Assembly: GCF_006345805.1 (NCBI RefSeq)
Contig: NW_021836301.1
Coordinates: forward strand, 1-64,000
From: Octopus sinensis
Taxonomy: Eukaryota
Reading direction: 5' to 3'
DNA: 64,000 bases
Every line of letters begins with the position of its first letter. Position 1 is the first letter of the stretch. This document shows positions 38,370 through 50,678 of this stretch, one piece after another. The notes under the pieces are model-generated. The model ran no database searches. It was not told where the DNA came from and saw nothing but the letters and a program-made list of their open reading frames with translations. The translations under genes and the position numbers were made by a program.

Positions 38370-38774
38370 TATCTAAGATATGATTATACACACACAGAGA
38401 CATGCGTACATACAAATATACGCATACACACTTCTCCATACGTACATACATAAACATATAACCATACGGATACACACACACACAAACTCATACATATACC
38501 GATACAGTATAACTGTTAATATATATATATATGGAAAGACAAACACACACACACACACATAGATTCATATACATGCATAACTATATTGTAGATATATGCA
38601 TATATACATAGATGTTTATATAGATGTATACACACATGTATACATATATATACACACACGCATAGACAGACATATATTTATGCATACATATGTACGAACA
38701 TGTATTTACTATAATACGTGCACATACACACACATATATATATATATATATATGTACACAAATACATATATATA

Positions 38775-38807
<33 letters not shown>

Positions 38808-39036
38808 CGCGTTTGTAGATGTATATTATATATATTCGCACACACGCACTCATACGTATATAGTTTACATATACGCATTTACATGCATATACAAACTTTA
38901 TATATAATATATATATATATTGTAGGTATACACACACACATATATATATGTATATACATATATATATATATATAACATTCATATACAAGTATATAGCTCT
39001 ATATATATGTATGCATGCGATACATATACGCACATA

Positions 39037-39067
<31 letters not shown>

Positions 39068-39295
39068 TGCTTATATACAAATACATGCATGTGTATATAT
39101 GTGCCTGTGTGTGTGCGTAGATATGTGTATATATATATTTTTATTCGTATATATGTATATATTTTTTGCTGTATCTATCTATCTATCTATATATATATAT
39201 ATATGTATGTATATATTTACGCGTGTGTGTGTGTATACATACGTACGTACATATGTATGTATGTATGTATTCACACACACACACATACATACACT
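38370..39295. repeat. Long degenerate (TA)/(CA)/(TG) compound microsatellite
   Basis: ~900 bp of alternating purine-pyrimidine sequence. Confidence 0.9.
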
Positions 39296-39580
39296 CGAGC
39301 ACAGAAAGAGATGGAGAAAAAACTGTTTTTTCCTCCGTTCCTTCAATCAATAGCTATTAAGATAACTAGATTAAATTGATGTATGTATATTATTATATTG
39401 ATGTTTTGAAAACCGTTTAAACATAACGTATCAAATGAAACAAAACGAATATACAACGAGATGAAAATATCAATTGACGTAAAAGTATGTATTTTAAGTT
39501 TATCAAAAAGTTATCAAGTTTACTTGCACACACTTTTCGCTAAACGTTGGCGCATGCAATGCGTGTGTATATGCATATCG

Positions 39581-39611
<31 letters not shown>

Positions 39612-39857
39612 CGTGTGTGTGTGTGTTACAGTTAGCTTCGCTTTGCGTACGTGTATGTTTGTATTGGATAGATAGATAGATAGATAGATAGATAGGTAGG
39701 TAAATACATAGATAGGTAAACAGATAGATATATAGATAGATTGGAAGATAGATACATAGATAGGAAGATAGAAAGATAGATAGATAGACTGACTGATTGA
39801 CAGACAGAGAAATAGATAGAGGGATAGATATACATAGATAGATTAGACATAGATATG

Positions 39858-40004
39858 TGTCTTTATTACCCACAAGGGGTTAAATACAGAGGAGACAAAC
39901 AAGGACTGACAAACGAATGAAGTCGATTACATCGACCCCAGTGCGTAACTGGTACTTAATTTATCGACCCCGAAAGGATGAAAGGCAAAGTCGACCTCGG
40001 CGGA
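39858..40004 (-). mobile_element. 5'-truncated SINE-B inside (GATA)n
   Basis: Reverse complement of the SINE-B 3' half. Confidence 0.88.
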
Positions 40005-40039
40005 GTAGATAGATAGACACAGATTAGATAGATAGATAT

Positions 40040-40089
<50 letters not shown>

Positions 40090-40350
40090 GGATACATAGA
40101 TAAATATAGACAGACAGATAGATAGATGGATAGATAGATAAATATAGATAGACAGACAGACAGATGGATAGATAGATAGATAGATAAATATAGACAGACA
40201 GACAGACAGACAGATGGATAGATAGATAGATAGATATAGACAGATAGATAGATAGATAAATATAGACAGACAGATAGATAGATAGATAAATATAGACAGA
40301 CAGATAGATAGATAGATAAATATAGACAGATAGATAGATAGATAGATAAT
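40005..40350. repeat. (GATA)n/(GACA)n microsatellite with ~28-bp higher-order units
   Basis: gataaatatagacagacagatagata repeated. Confidence 0.92.
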
Positions 40351-40369
40351 GTAGATATGCATGTGTGTG

Positions 40370-40560
40370 TGTTTAAGTTATAATAAAAATATTTTTACAT
40401 TAAACTGAAGTACTATTCAATACATTTGGTAGAGTACAGATTTATTTTATATATCATGAATGGTACTGACAGTAACTTCGAAGTTTCGGCCAGTCCAATG
40501 ACGACTTTAGTTGGCCGAAACTTCGAAGCCAGTGGTCACTACTGTTCATGTTAAAAGAAA
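40370..40560. mobile_element. Head-to-head pair of HHR-bearing repeat P3
   Basis: Left part is a reverse-complement homolog of 47760-47890; inverted repeat cttcgaagtttcggcca (40476-40492) / tggccgaaacttcgaag (40512-40528). Confidence 0.65.
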
Positions 40561-40712
40561 TGTGTATGCGTGCGTGTGGGTAATGCACGAAACTCCCAAA
40601 CCTCGAGTCACCCTGTTACTTCTGCTAAATATTAATAAAAATATACATATATCCATATATTTGAGTTCTATTTTCCCCTGTCTGCATCACTATAACTCTG
40701 CCTCTCTCTCTT

Positions 40713-40773
<61 letters not shown>

Positions 40774-41039
40774 GCGTGCATGCACACAGATTGTTGTTGC
40801 ATTGAAGGAGAAAGTTCTCCATAAATTCTCAATAAAAGTAGAGGTATATGGGTTGGTTGAAATTCCTTTTTCTTTGATTTTCCTGTTCGATAACTTCGGA
40901 AACTGACACGCACACACATATATATATATTATATGTATCCGCAAATACATTTTATACGTGTAATTATATGTATCTGTATGTATGTGTATATGTATCTAGG
41001 TATGTATATATTGTTTTTTTTTTATGAAAAAATAACTTA

Positions 41040-41158
41040 TCATTAAAATTAATTCTAACTCAAATCTTTTTAGTACTGTACACGTTTATTCAACTTTTAC
41101 AAGGAAAAGAAAAAGTTGACAGTAACTTCGAAGCCAGTGTCAACTTTTTTTCCTTGAA
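41040..41158. mobile_element. Head-to-head pair of repeat P3 joined at cttcgaag
   Basis: Arms caagg...aaaagttgaca / tgtcaacttt...ccttg around cttcgaag (41126-41133); left arm homologous to 47773-47850. Confidence 0.6.
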
Positions 41159-41804
41159 CATTACATGTTCCGCATACACACACACACACATTTCGGAAAC
41201 AGGAAAAGAATTTATACTGACCGAAACGAAGAGAGATACAGACAGACAGACAGATAGATAGATAGATCGATAGATAGATAGATAGATAGATAGACAGACA
41301 GATAGAATGACAAACACAGATATTCACTTGTATACATGCGCGAGTACGTGTCTGTGTGCATCTACTAAAATGGTTTACCTCTTTTAGAACGTATTAAAAT
41401 TCCGTAACTCGAATGATCGTAACATCCAACAACGCCGATTTCGTCAACTTCATCATTGTAATAATCATCGTCATCATCATCATCGTCATCATAATCCTCG
41501 CGATGACAAACGCACAATAATTTTATAAGCTACTCAATGTGTAAGCAACATAACAAACAACACAGTCGTAGACGCCGGTTTCTATCCAACATGTTACTTC
41601 GGGGTGGCGATTATTATTTATAAATCTCCACTGATAAGCGGAGATATTGTTGCTTAGGTTTTTAAGTTTTGTTTCCGTAATTTTTTTCTTTTAAAACAGC
41701 AGACTAAGAAGGAAGTAGTGACCTTTATGCATTAACAGTTACTTTTTCTTTAATTAATTTCCATTTCTTTGTTTTAATTCTTTCGAATTTTGTGTTAGTT
41801 GTGC

Positions 41805-41842
<38 letters not shown>

Positions 41843-42042
41843 CGTGATAGATAGGTAGGTAGATAGAAAGATAGATAAATAGATAGATCGGTAGGTGGAA
41901 TTATGTATATACGTGCGAGTGTACAAGTTTGTGTGTGTATGTGTTTAATGTTGTTCAGTCACTACACACTGTTGTTACCGATTCCACAGAGTCTGCTGTC
42001 TGTTCAGTTGTTGTCTGCGCTCTTTCTTTCTTTTCTTCTCTT

Positions 42043-42073
<31 letters not shown>

Positions 42074-42765
42074 TTGTCTTTCACTCATTCACTCTCTAGC
42101 TTTCTCCCCTCTCTCTTTCTCTGTCTCTTTCTCTCTCTCTCTCACACGCTCTGTCACTCTTTCTCTCCCGTCCTTCCCCCTCTTACTCAATCTCTTTCCA
42201 TCTCTTTCCGTCTCTTTCAGAAGAGTTCTTCAACTCTACCCGGTCTTGGGACAACTGGATTGGCTGATGAAAAAAACCCAACCATCCCATGAAAAGAGAG
42301 TGTGTGTGAGTGTCTGCATGTGTGTATATGCGTCAGACAAAGTTGTATAAATGATGACGGTGGTGGTGATGACGATGGGAGCGGAAAGAGTATGAATGAC
42401 GGCGGTGGTGATGATGATGTTAGCAGTGATGGAGAGTGGGGGGAGGGGGAAACTATTGTTACGATATAGGCTGTGAGTGGGTTAACCAAATATATTTATT
42501 AAATAGAAGTGAGGTGGAGACGGTAAAATGAAGGAAAGAAAGAAAGAAATCGTATAAGTTAGTCATAGCGAGGGAGGGTGACAAGTGGCGGAATGGCGTA
42601 GTGGTGGTGGTGATGGTGGTGAGAGAAGAGAGGAGATAGAGTAGACATTTGAAAAATAGAGGGGGAGATTTATTAGAGAGGGTGACAAAGAGGAAGAAGA
42701 GAGGGAGGTGTCAAAGAGAAGTTGTGAAGACTAAACACACACACACACACACACACATTCAGATT

Positions 42766-42813
<48 letters not shown>

Positions 42814-42920
42814 TGTAAATGTATAGAAAAGGATGCAGGTAGATTAGAAAGAGATGTTGAGAGAGGATGAAAGAGAGAGATAAAAGTGAAGATATGCATG
42901 TGTAACATATACATACACAA

Positions 42921-42968
<48 letters not shown>

Positions 42969-43083
42969 TAAACGAAGTGAGAGAAAGGGAGAAAGTGATG
43001 CAGACAGACAGATAGATAGATAGATAGATACATAGATATAGGATAGATAGATAGATAGATAGATAGATATAGGATAGACAGAT

Positions 43084-43123
<40 letters not shown>

Positions 43124-43610
43124 TTCCACTCGATAAAATCGACTTCCAGTAGTACTTAGCTGGTACTTATAATATCGACTCCTTCCCACCCAGAGTGTTG
43201 CAATATAAAAGAGCTCCCCCGGGCAGGATTTGAACGTGGAAATCATTAGAATACAACCAATTTCTTCCTTCCTATCATTGCTGCTATTTTATTAAGACGA
43301 GGGGAAAAAAGAAAGAAATGTAATGCCTCGGGTAATTACTGGTACTTGTTTTATCGATTCCGACTTGTTTTGAACTCAGAACATAAAGAGCCGTAACTAT
43401 ATACCACAAGGCCTTTCTTTTTTTTGTTTTTTTTTTTTGTTTTAACTGATGCTCGACCAATTTTCCTCATGTGTCATCCCTTAATCGATTTTTAACTTAC
43501 CAAGAAGACCATACGAAAGGGAAATAAGGTCGTAAATTCAATCAGACGACAAAACTCTCCCAATTCTTGGTTAGTACTTACTCAGTGTTTATTATTTAGT
43601 GACTTTGGAA

Positions 43611-43974
43611 GCACTCCGTCGGTTACGACGACGAGGGTTCCGGTTGATCCGATCAACGGAACAGCCTGCTCGTGAAATTAACGTGTAAGTGGCTGAGCAC
43701 TCCACAGACACGTGTACCCTTAACGTAGTTCTCGGGAATATTCAGCGTGACACAGAGAGTGACAAGGCCGGCCCTTTGAAATACAGGTACAACAGAAACA
43801 GGAAGTAAGAGTGAGAGAAAGTTGTGGTGAAAGAGTACAGCAGGGATCATCACCATCCCCTGCCGGAGCCTCGTGGAGCTTTAGGTGTTTTCGCTCAATA
43901 AACACTGGGAATCGAAACCGCGATCCTATGACCGCGAGTCCGCTGCCCTAACCACTGGGCCATTGCGCCTCCAC
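43611..43974 (-). mobile_element. SINE-C (tail T1) with 13-bp TSD
   Basis: TSD atttagtgacttt at 43594-43606 and 43975-43987. Confidence 0.94.
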
Positions 43975-44084
43975 ATTTAGTGACTTTACTGGAATGATGA
44001 AAAGTAAATGTCGTTCTTTACTTATTTCTGAGTACAAATCCGTAGCTGAATTTAAAACACAGAATTAAAAAAAAAAAATAATAA

Positions 44085-44432
44085 TAATCCTTTCTATCTA
44101 CTAAAGACACAAAGCCTGAAATATTTGGGGAGGGGAGGGGGGCTAGTCACGGCCCCGAAAGGATAAAAGGCAAAGTCGACCTCGGCGAAATTTGAACTCA
44201 GAATGTAAAAGCGGACGAAAAAGCCACAAAGCATTTTTGCCCGGCGTGCTAACAATTGTGCAAGCTCGCCGCAATAATATTCCTTTCTGCTAAAGGCACA
44301 AGGCCTGAAATATTGGGGGGGGAGAGGACTAATCGATTATATCGACCTCAGTGTTTCATTGGTACTTACTTTATCGACCTCAAAAAGGATGAAAGGCAAA
44401 GCCGACGAAATACTGCTTAGCATTTTGCCGAC
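44085..44432 (-). mobile_element. Two SINE-B copies (internally deleted)
   Basis: ggcacaaggcctgaaa tail and aaggcaaagtcgacctcggcgaaatttgaactcag. Confidence 0.85.
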
Positions 44433-44710
44433 GCGAACACGCTGATATTTTAGCTGACTGACCGAAATCTGAGGCGGAATTTGAATATCAGAATCAAGAG
44501 AAAATAAGAAACAAAATAACTACGGATCACATCAAACCATGATGTAGAGTTTCAAACCATAGTTCGTTCGTATAACGGCGTACAGTTTATCTTTGCATCA
44601 CACCTTACATACATTACATTACAATGTATATCTTTGTTAGCAACACCTCGTATTATTAACGAGGAAGTTTCTAATTGATCATTCGTCCCGCTAGAAATAA
44701 CAACCAAATA

Positions 44711-45120
44711 GGATCTTTTCGGTTTGAACGGCAGTTTTTTCTTGCGGTGTCATATGAAATTGTCACCCATAATTATAACCCTAGTATCGATCTATTTTAG
44801 GGTTAGGGTTAATTAGGGTTAGGTGTGGAGGGAAGGGTATCTTTTTTTCTTCACAAATGTAAATAAACCCAATCTGTTTCTTAAACGAGGGACATATTCA
44901 TACGGCACAGAATGTTGTTTACCTCAATGGACGTCAGTGATTAGTTGAAATTGCAGAAATTGAAGAAAAAAACCCAAATATCTTACAAACTATAAAATTT
45001 TCTCAATAAAGCCAAGAGAAAAAGATGTTTTATAAACACATTCTACCAGTATACGAAGTTTAAAATTTTTTAGTTACCTAGAAATTATGTTAAAAACTGC
45101 CGTTCAAACCGAAAAGATCC
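44711..45120. mobile_element. 410-bp MITE with perfect 29-bp TIRs (possibly Merlin-like)
   Basis: ggatcttttcggtttgaacggcagttttt / aaaaactgccgttcaaaccgaaaagatcc; 8-bp flanks accaaata/gccaaatg; internal TTAGGG repeats. Confidence 0.85.
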
Positions 45121-45555
45121 GCCAAATGTTCAACTCACAGCCTAACAGGGATTACATTTTCGTATCACCTCTCATAACATTGTTTCATATCTTCGTATCA
45201 GTTTCAAATTAGAGTTTCAAACTACACTTCATATTAAGGCGTACATCCGTCTTTGTATCTGCTGTAAAACATCAGCCATATTTCCTTCAAGTCATACCCT
45301 ACTGGCTTAACAGTGTTTTGGTTTGAACGTCTTTGATCACAGGCCTACTCGTTCAGGACTGATTTGGGTTTACACAGCAACAGCCAATAAACTTTACTAC
45401 GCAGAGGTAGGTAACATGGGGAACTATCGCAATTATCGTGGATTATGCTGCCGAAAATGGTACCAGCTGGCCGCGATTCCTCGTAAGAGTTGTATAAATG
45501 TCCTTCCATCTCCGGCCAGTTAGACAGTAAAGCTAGAGTGATATCCTGATTGTTA

Positions 45556-45921
45556 TACTCTTACTCTTTTACTCTTTTACTTGTTTCAGTCATTTGACTG
45601 CGGCCATACTGGAGCACCGCCTTTAATCGAGCAACTCGACCCCGGGACTTATTTTTTGTAAGCCCAGTACTTATTCTATCGGTCTCTTTTTGCCGAACCG
45701 CTAAGTGACGGGGACATAAACACACCAGCATCGGTTGTCAAGCAATGCTAGGGGGACAAACACAAACATACACGCACACACACATATACATATATACGAC
45801 GGGCTTCTTTCAGTTTCCGTCTACCAAATCCACTCACAAGGCTTTGGTCGGCCTGAGGCTATAGTAGAAGACACTTGCCCAAGGTGCCACGCAGTGGGAC
45901 TGAACCCGGAACCATGTGGTT
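45556..45921 (-). mobile_element. SINE-A, young, slightly 5'-truncated
   Basis: Near-identical reverse complement of 12175-12564. Confidence 0.93.
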
Positions 45922-47019
45922 CATTGCGATCATGCGTTACTTCGTACGGTTTATCCACGGCGTGGAAGCACTTTGTGCCACACTGTATAACTTCATGTCA
46001 CTTCGTATCACCAAGCTCTTCGTATCAATGCGTATCGCGACATACATCTTCATATCCTTTTCAATCGACAATATGTCGTTTCGTATCGTGACGTCCATTA
46101 TCATATGGCCATATTCCTCCGATTGCTAAAAGTCACAATGAGGTAGTAATGGTAAGGGCGGCGTCATAGGAAGAAGAGATCAAACGGAAGTAGTCGCTTA
46201 TCGATTTATCACTCCTCAAAGAAAAATCGCTGATGGATTCGATAAAACAAGGTTGTGAAATCCCGTTACAAATTGGATCAATCAGTCAATCAATCAATCA
46301 TTAGACATTCGATATCGATCTATCTTTTATTGAATATCGCCCAATGGATGATCGTCTGCATATGTTTATCATACTGTCCATCGACTAATCTTATCAATCA
46401 ATCAATCTATCTATCCATCCATCTAAAAATGTGTGCGCATGCGCGTGAGAGAGAGAGAGAGAGAGAGTGTGTGTGTGTGTGTATTTACGAATATTGGAAC
46501 ATAAATGGATCCTCATTCGTTTCATTACTGAGTGCTCAGATATTCGCTCAACAAATCTACCAGCTCTTCTCATGAAAGAAACTGAGTATTATTTCCAATT
46601 AGAAAGTGTACCTTTAACATAATTCTCAAGTAGAATCAGCGTGGTACACACACAGCTTATGACAAAACTGGACTTTTGTATTACAGGCACAAAAAATCTG
46701 ACGGGCTTCTGCATAGTTTCCGTCTATCCATCTTAACGCACAAAGCTCAAGTTAACTGGAAGCCTTGGGTGGGGTGGGGTAAAAAACACTGCAGATACGG
46801 AGAAACGAGATCGAATTCTTCTCACTGTGTTACACAACTCAAGGCAATGAGAAAAGATATTAAAAAAAAAAGTAAAACAAAATACATCCCCGAAGCCGTT
46901 AACTAGAGCCGAACCTAGCACCTTCATGACTAAAATACCCACTAACTTCCTAAACCATTCGGCCATGCGGTATCACTTGATTACAAGTAGATTATCATAC
47001 TTTCAGGACTGCTTTTTTC

Positions 47020-47398
47020 TCTTTCTTTTATTTGTTTCAGTCATTTGACTGCGGCCATGCTGAAGCACCGCCTTTAGTCGAACAAAACGACTCCAGAACT
47101 TATTTTTTGTAAGCTTAATACTTATTCTATCGGTCGCTTTTGCCGAACCGCTAAGTTACGGAGACAGAAACACACCCACATCGATTGTCAAGAGATGGTG
47201 GGGGTACAAACACACACACATTATATATATATATATACGACGGGCTTCTTTTCAGTTTACGTCTACCAAATCCGCTTACAAAAGCTTCAGTCGGGAGGCT
47301 ATAGCAGAAGACATTTGTCCAAGGTGTCACGCAGTGGGACTGAACCCGGAACTATGTGGTTGGCAAGCAAGCTACATACCACAAAGCCACTCCTGCGC
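47020..47398 (-). mobile_element. SINE-A full length
   Basis: Reverse complement with head gcgcaggagtggctttgtgg. Confidence 0.9.
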
Positions 47399-47742
47399 CT
47401 CTTTTTTTCTTTCTTTTCTTAGAAATTTTTCAACTTTTATTTTTTAACTGCAAAAAAAAAAAACCCCAAGAAACATCACTTCAGTTTAATAAAAAAAGAT
47501 TTACAACCTATCCTCAATCTCTCTCCCACTCACTCACTCACACACACACATACACACAGAGTATTTTTTTTTTAAATTATTTATTACCAAAGTTTTCATT
47601 TTTGGAGAAGATTATTTTCTAACACACTGCTGCTTTGCAATACTTTTTTAGGAAATTCATCTGGGCAATCCTGAGTTGTGTATCCAGGCAGCATATATAG
47701 AAACACACTTAGATACACGTAAGTATAAATACACACACACAC

Positions 47743-47890
47743 ACGCGTCCGATGAAGGCGAGCAGGCCGATACTTCGAAGTCACAGTCACTCGCCTTCTT
47801 GTAAAAGTTTAATATAAACATGTACAGTACCAAAACAGTTTCTAGTAATTCTTCAGTTTAATGGTAAATTGTTTTTATTAAAACTTGACA
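47743..47890 (+). mobile_element. Repeat P3 with decayed hammerhead-like core
   Basis: CCGATGA-a-GGC-gagcag-GCC-GAT-ACTTCGAAGT-C-acagtc (47749-47788); downstream AT-rich body shared with 40370 and 41040. Confidence 0.6.
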
Positions 47891-47921
47891 TTAAAAAAAA
47901 AAACGAAAAAAAGAAAAAAAC

Positions 47922-48266
47922 AAGCGTGGCTGCGTGGTAAGAAGATTGCTTCCTAACCACGAGTCCGGGTTCAATCCCATTGCGTGGTGCCTTGAGCGAG
48001 TGTCTTCTATTAGAGCCCCAAGCCGACCAAAGCCTTCTGAGTGGATTTGATAGACGGAAACTGGAAGAAGTCCGTCGTGTATAAAGCTAATAGTGAAATA
48101 TTATCACTCTGGGCAAAATACATCATATGCTCTGTTGGCCCACCAGGCTAACAATATTATTTAGTTTAAGGAAGAATTCTCAAGTATTCTTACGGCAGGG
48201 TCCAATGCTAGGATCCTATCACAATTCTATATTGTAAATCTCTTTCTCTAACACACACACACACAC

Positions 48267-48298
<32 letters not shown>

Positions 48299-48551
48299 CA
48301 CGTGTGTGAGTATGTGTCTGTCTTTGTGTATATCCTATCACCACCGCTTGACAACCGATGTTGGTGTGTTTACGTCCCTGTAACTTAGCAGTTTGGAGCA
48401 AAAGAAAGCAACAGAATAAGTACCAGGCTTTACACACACACCCACGCGCGCGCAATACTAAGTACTGGGGTCGATTTCTTCGACTAAAATTCTTCAAGGT
48501 AGTACCCCAGCATGGCCGCAGTCTAATGACTGAAACAAGTAAAAGATGAAA
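47922..48551 (+). mobile_element. SINE-A interrupted by ~160-bp insert at its internal microsatellite
   Basis: Head 47922-48080; tail 48310-48551. Confidence 0.85.
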
Positions 48552-49328
48552 AATAAACCCTTTGAGTGTGTGTTTGCTTACGTTTCTATATGATTCGTAT
48601 TCCGAGTTCAAATCACGGACGAGCGTGGAGTGAGTGTAGGCGAACAGAAAAGACGGAATATCGTCGAAGTCGCATTATACTTTTTCATCGATAATTTTAC
48701 AATTAAAGTAAATACTACTTGTAAAATTACCCAGTCGTTACAAAGAGTAATTAAATATATATTTATATACAATACTTAAAAATATGTATATACATACATA
48801 CATGAACACATAAATACATACACACATACATCCATAATAAATATATATGATTATTTGCTTCTGATGTGCGCCTTTGATGTTATGAAATAGACAATATGTC
48901 TACGCTATTATTATATTATTATTATTATATTATTATTATTGTTGTTGTTATTGGCATTTCTCAATATTTAAATACTTTCTATGAAATTCTTCAGCATTTA
49001 TGAAATTGTTCACCTTCTGAAGAAATGGTACTCATTAATTTAGCACCGGCTAAAACAATAAGCAACGGATGTAATGAATTAATTAATCACCATCTTCTTT
49101 TTTCCCTTCTTATTTAATCATTATGTGTCTATGTATGTATAGTACGTAATCATGTCATGTATGTGTGTGTGTGTGTGTGTGTGAATATACATGCATGTAT
49201 GCGTGTGTGTCTTTCATCTTTTAATTGTTTCAGTCATCTGAATGTGGTCATGCTGGGGCACCGCCATGAACAAATAGAATGCAGGACATTATTATTATCA
49301 TTATTATTATTATCATCATTATTGTTAT

Positions 49329-49550
49329 TAAGGCGGTGAGCTGGCAGAATCGTTAGCACGCCGGGCGAAATGCTTAGCAGTAGTATTTCGCCCGTCGCTA
49401 CGTTCTGAGTTCAAATTCCGCCGAGGTTAACTTGTCTTTCATCCTTTCGGAGTCGATTAAATTAGTACCAGTCACGCACTGGGGTCAATGCAATTGACTT
49501 AATCCCTTCCCCCAAATTTGAAGCGTTGTGCTTCCAGTAGAAGGGATTAT
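49329..49550 (+). mobile_element. SINE-B
   Basis: aaggcggtgagctggcagaatcgttagcacgccgggcg head; (ATT)n tail. Confidence 0.9.
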
Positions 49551-49561
49551 TATTATTATTA

Positions 49562-49736
49562 TTGTGGAAGCCATCTACTCGCAATACCAGAGGGCACATA
49601 CTCTCCTACCCTGATGTAATCTCCAGGGATACAGGCATCCAGCAACAGGACCTCCGTAATGCTATGATGGACCGTGAAGTCGCGTAGCATGGTAAATTCC
49701 ATTGTCTCGACCACGGTCGAACAATGATGATGATGA
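49562..49736 (+). mobile_element. 5'-truncated RTE-type LINE 3' end
   Basis: LWKPSTRNTRGHILSYPDVISRDTGIQQQDLRNAMMDREV, frameshift, RSMVNSIVSTTVEQ*; resembles the RTE ORF C-terminus (LWxP..Y.D...DTG...DL..AM.DR..WR); tcgacc-ac-ggtcga hairpin and (TGA)n tail. Confidence 0.8.
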
Positions 49737-49741
49737 TTATT

Positions 49742-50022
49742 GTGGAGGTGCAATGGCCCAGTGGTTAGGGCAGCGGACTCGCGGTCGGAGGATCGATTCC
49801 CAGACCAGGCGTTGTGTGTGTTTATTGAGCGAAAACACCTGAAGCTCCACGAGGCTCCGACAGGGGGTGGTGGCGACCCCCGTTGTACTCTTTCGCTCCA
49901 ACTTTCTCTCACTCTTTCCTCCTGTTTCTTGAGTAGCGCTGCGATGGACTGGCGTCCCGTCCAGCTGGGGGGGGGGGGCACACACGCCACAGAAAACGGG
50001 AAACCGGGAAAAGGGCATAAAT
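49742..50022 (+). mobile_element. SINE-C head/middle with tail T2
   Basis: SINE-C 5' part followed by gagtagcgctgcgatggactggcgtcccgtccag shared with 55981-56240. Confidence 0.88.
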
Positions 50023-50049
50023 AAACAAAACAAAAAAATTATTATTATT

Positions 50050-50650
50050 AAGACTGCCGTTACGTTCAGAGTTCTAATTCCGCCGAGGTCGACTTTGCCC
50101 TTCATCCTTTCGCAGTCAATGGAATAAATACCAGTTATGCACTAGGGATCGATGTAATAGACTCATCTCCACCTCCCCCAAGCTGTTCTTGTGGCAAACA
50201 TTTAAAATAATATTAGTTATTATTATTATTATTAAGGCAGAGAGTTGGCAGAATCGTTAATACGCCTGGTGAAATGCTTAGCGGTACCTCGCTTGTCGCT
50301 ACGATCTGAGTTCAAATTCCGCTGAGGTCGACTTTACTTTTCATCCTTTCCGGATCGATAAATTAAGTACCAGTGAAACACTGGGGTCGATGTAATCGAC
50401 TTGTCCCCTCCCTCAAATTTCAGGCCTAGTAGAAAGGATTATTATTATTATTATGGCGAACTGGCAGAATCGTAGGCACGCCGGACGAAACGCTACGTTC
50501 TGAGTTCAAATTCTGCTGAGGTCGACTTTACCTTTCATCCTTTCGGGGTCGATAAATTAAGTACCAGTGAAACACTGGGGTCGATGTAATCGACTAGTCT
50601 CCTGCCCCAAGATTTCATGGCCTTGTGCCTTCAGTAGAAAGGATTATTAT
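50050..50650 (+). mobile_element. Three tandem SINE-B copies separated by (ATT)n
   Basis: Repeated B-box and central motifs at ~50070, ~50310 and ~50500. Confidence 0.9.
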
Positions 50651-50678
50651 TTTTTCAGTTCTATATTTAATTGCCCAC

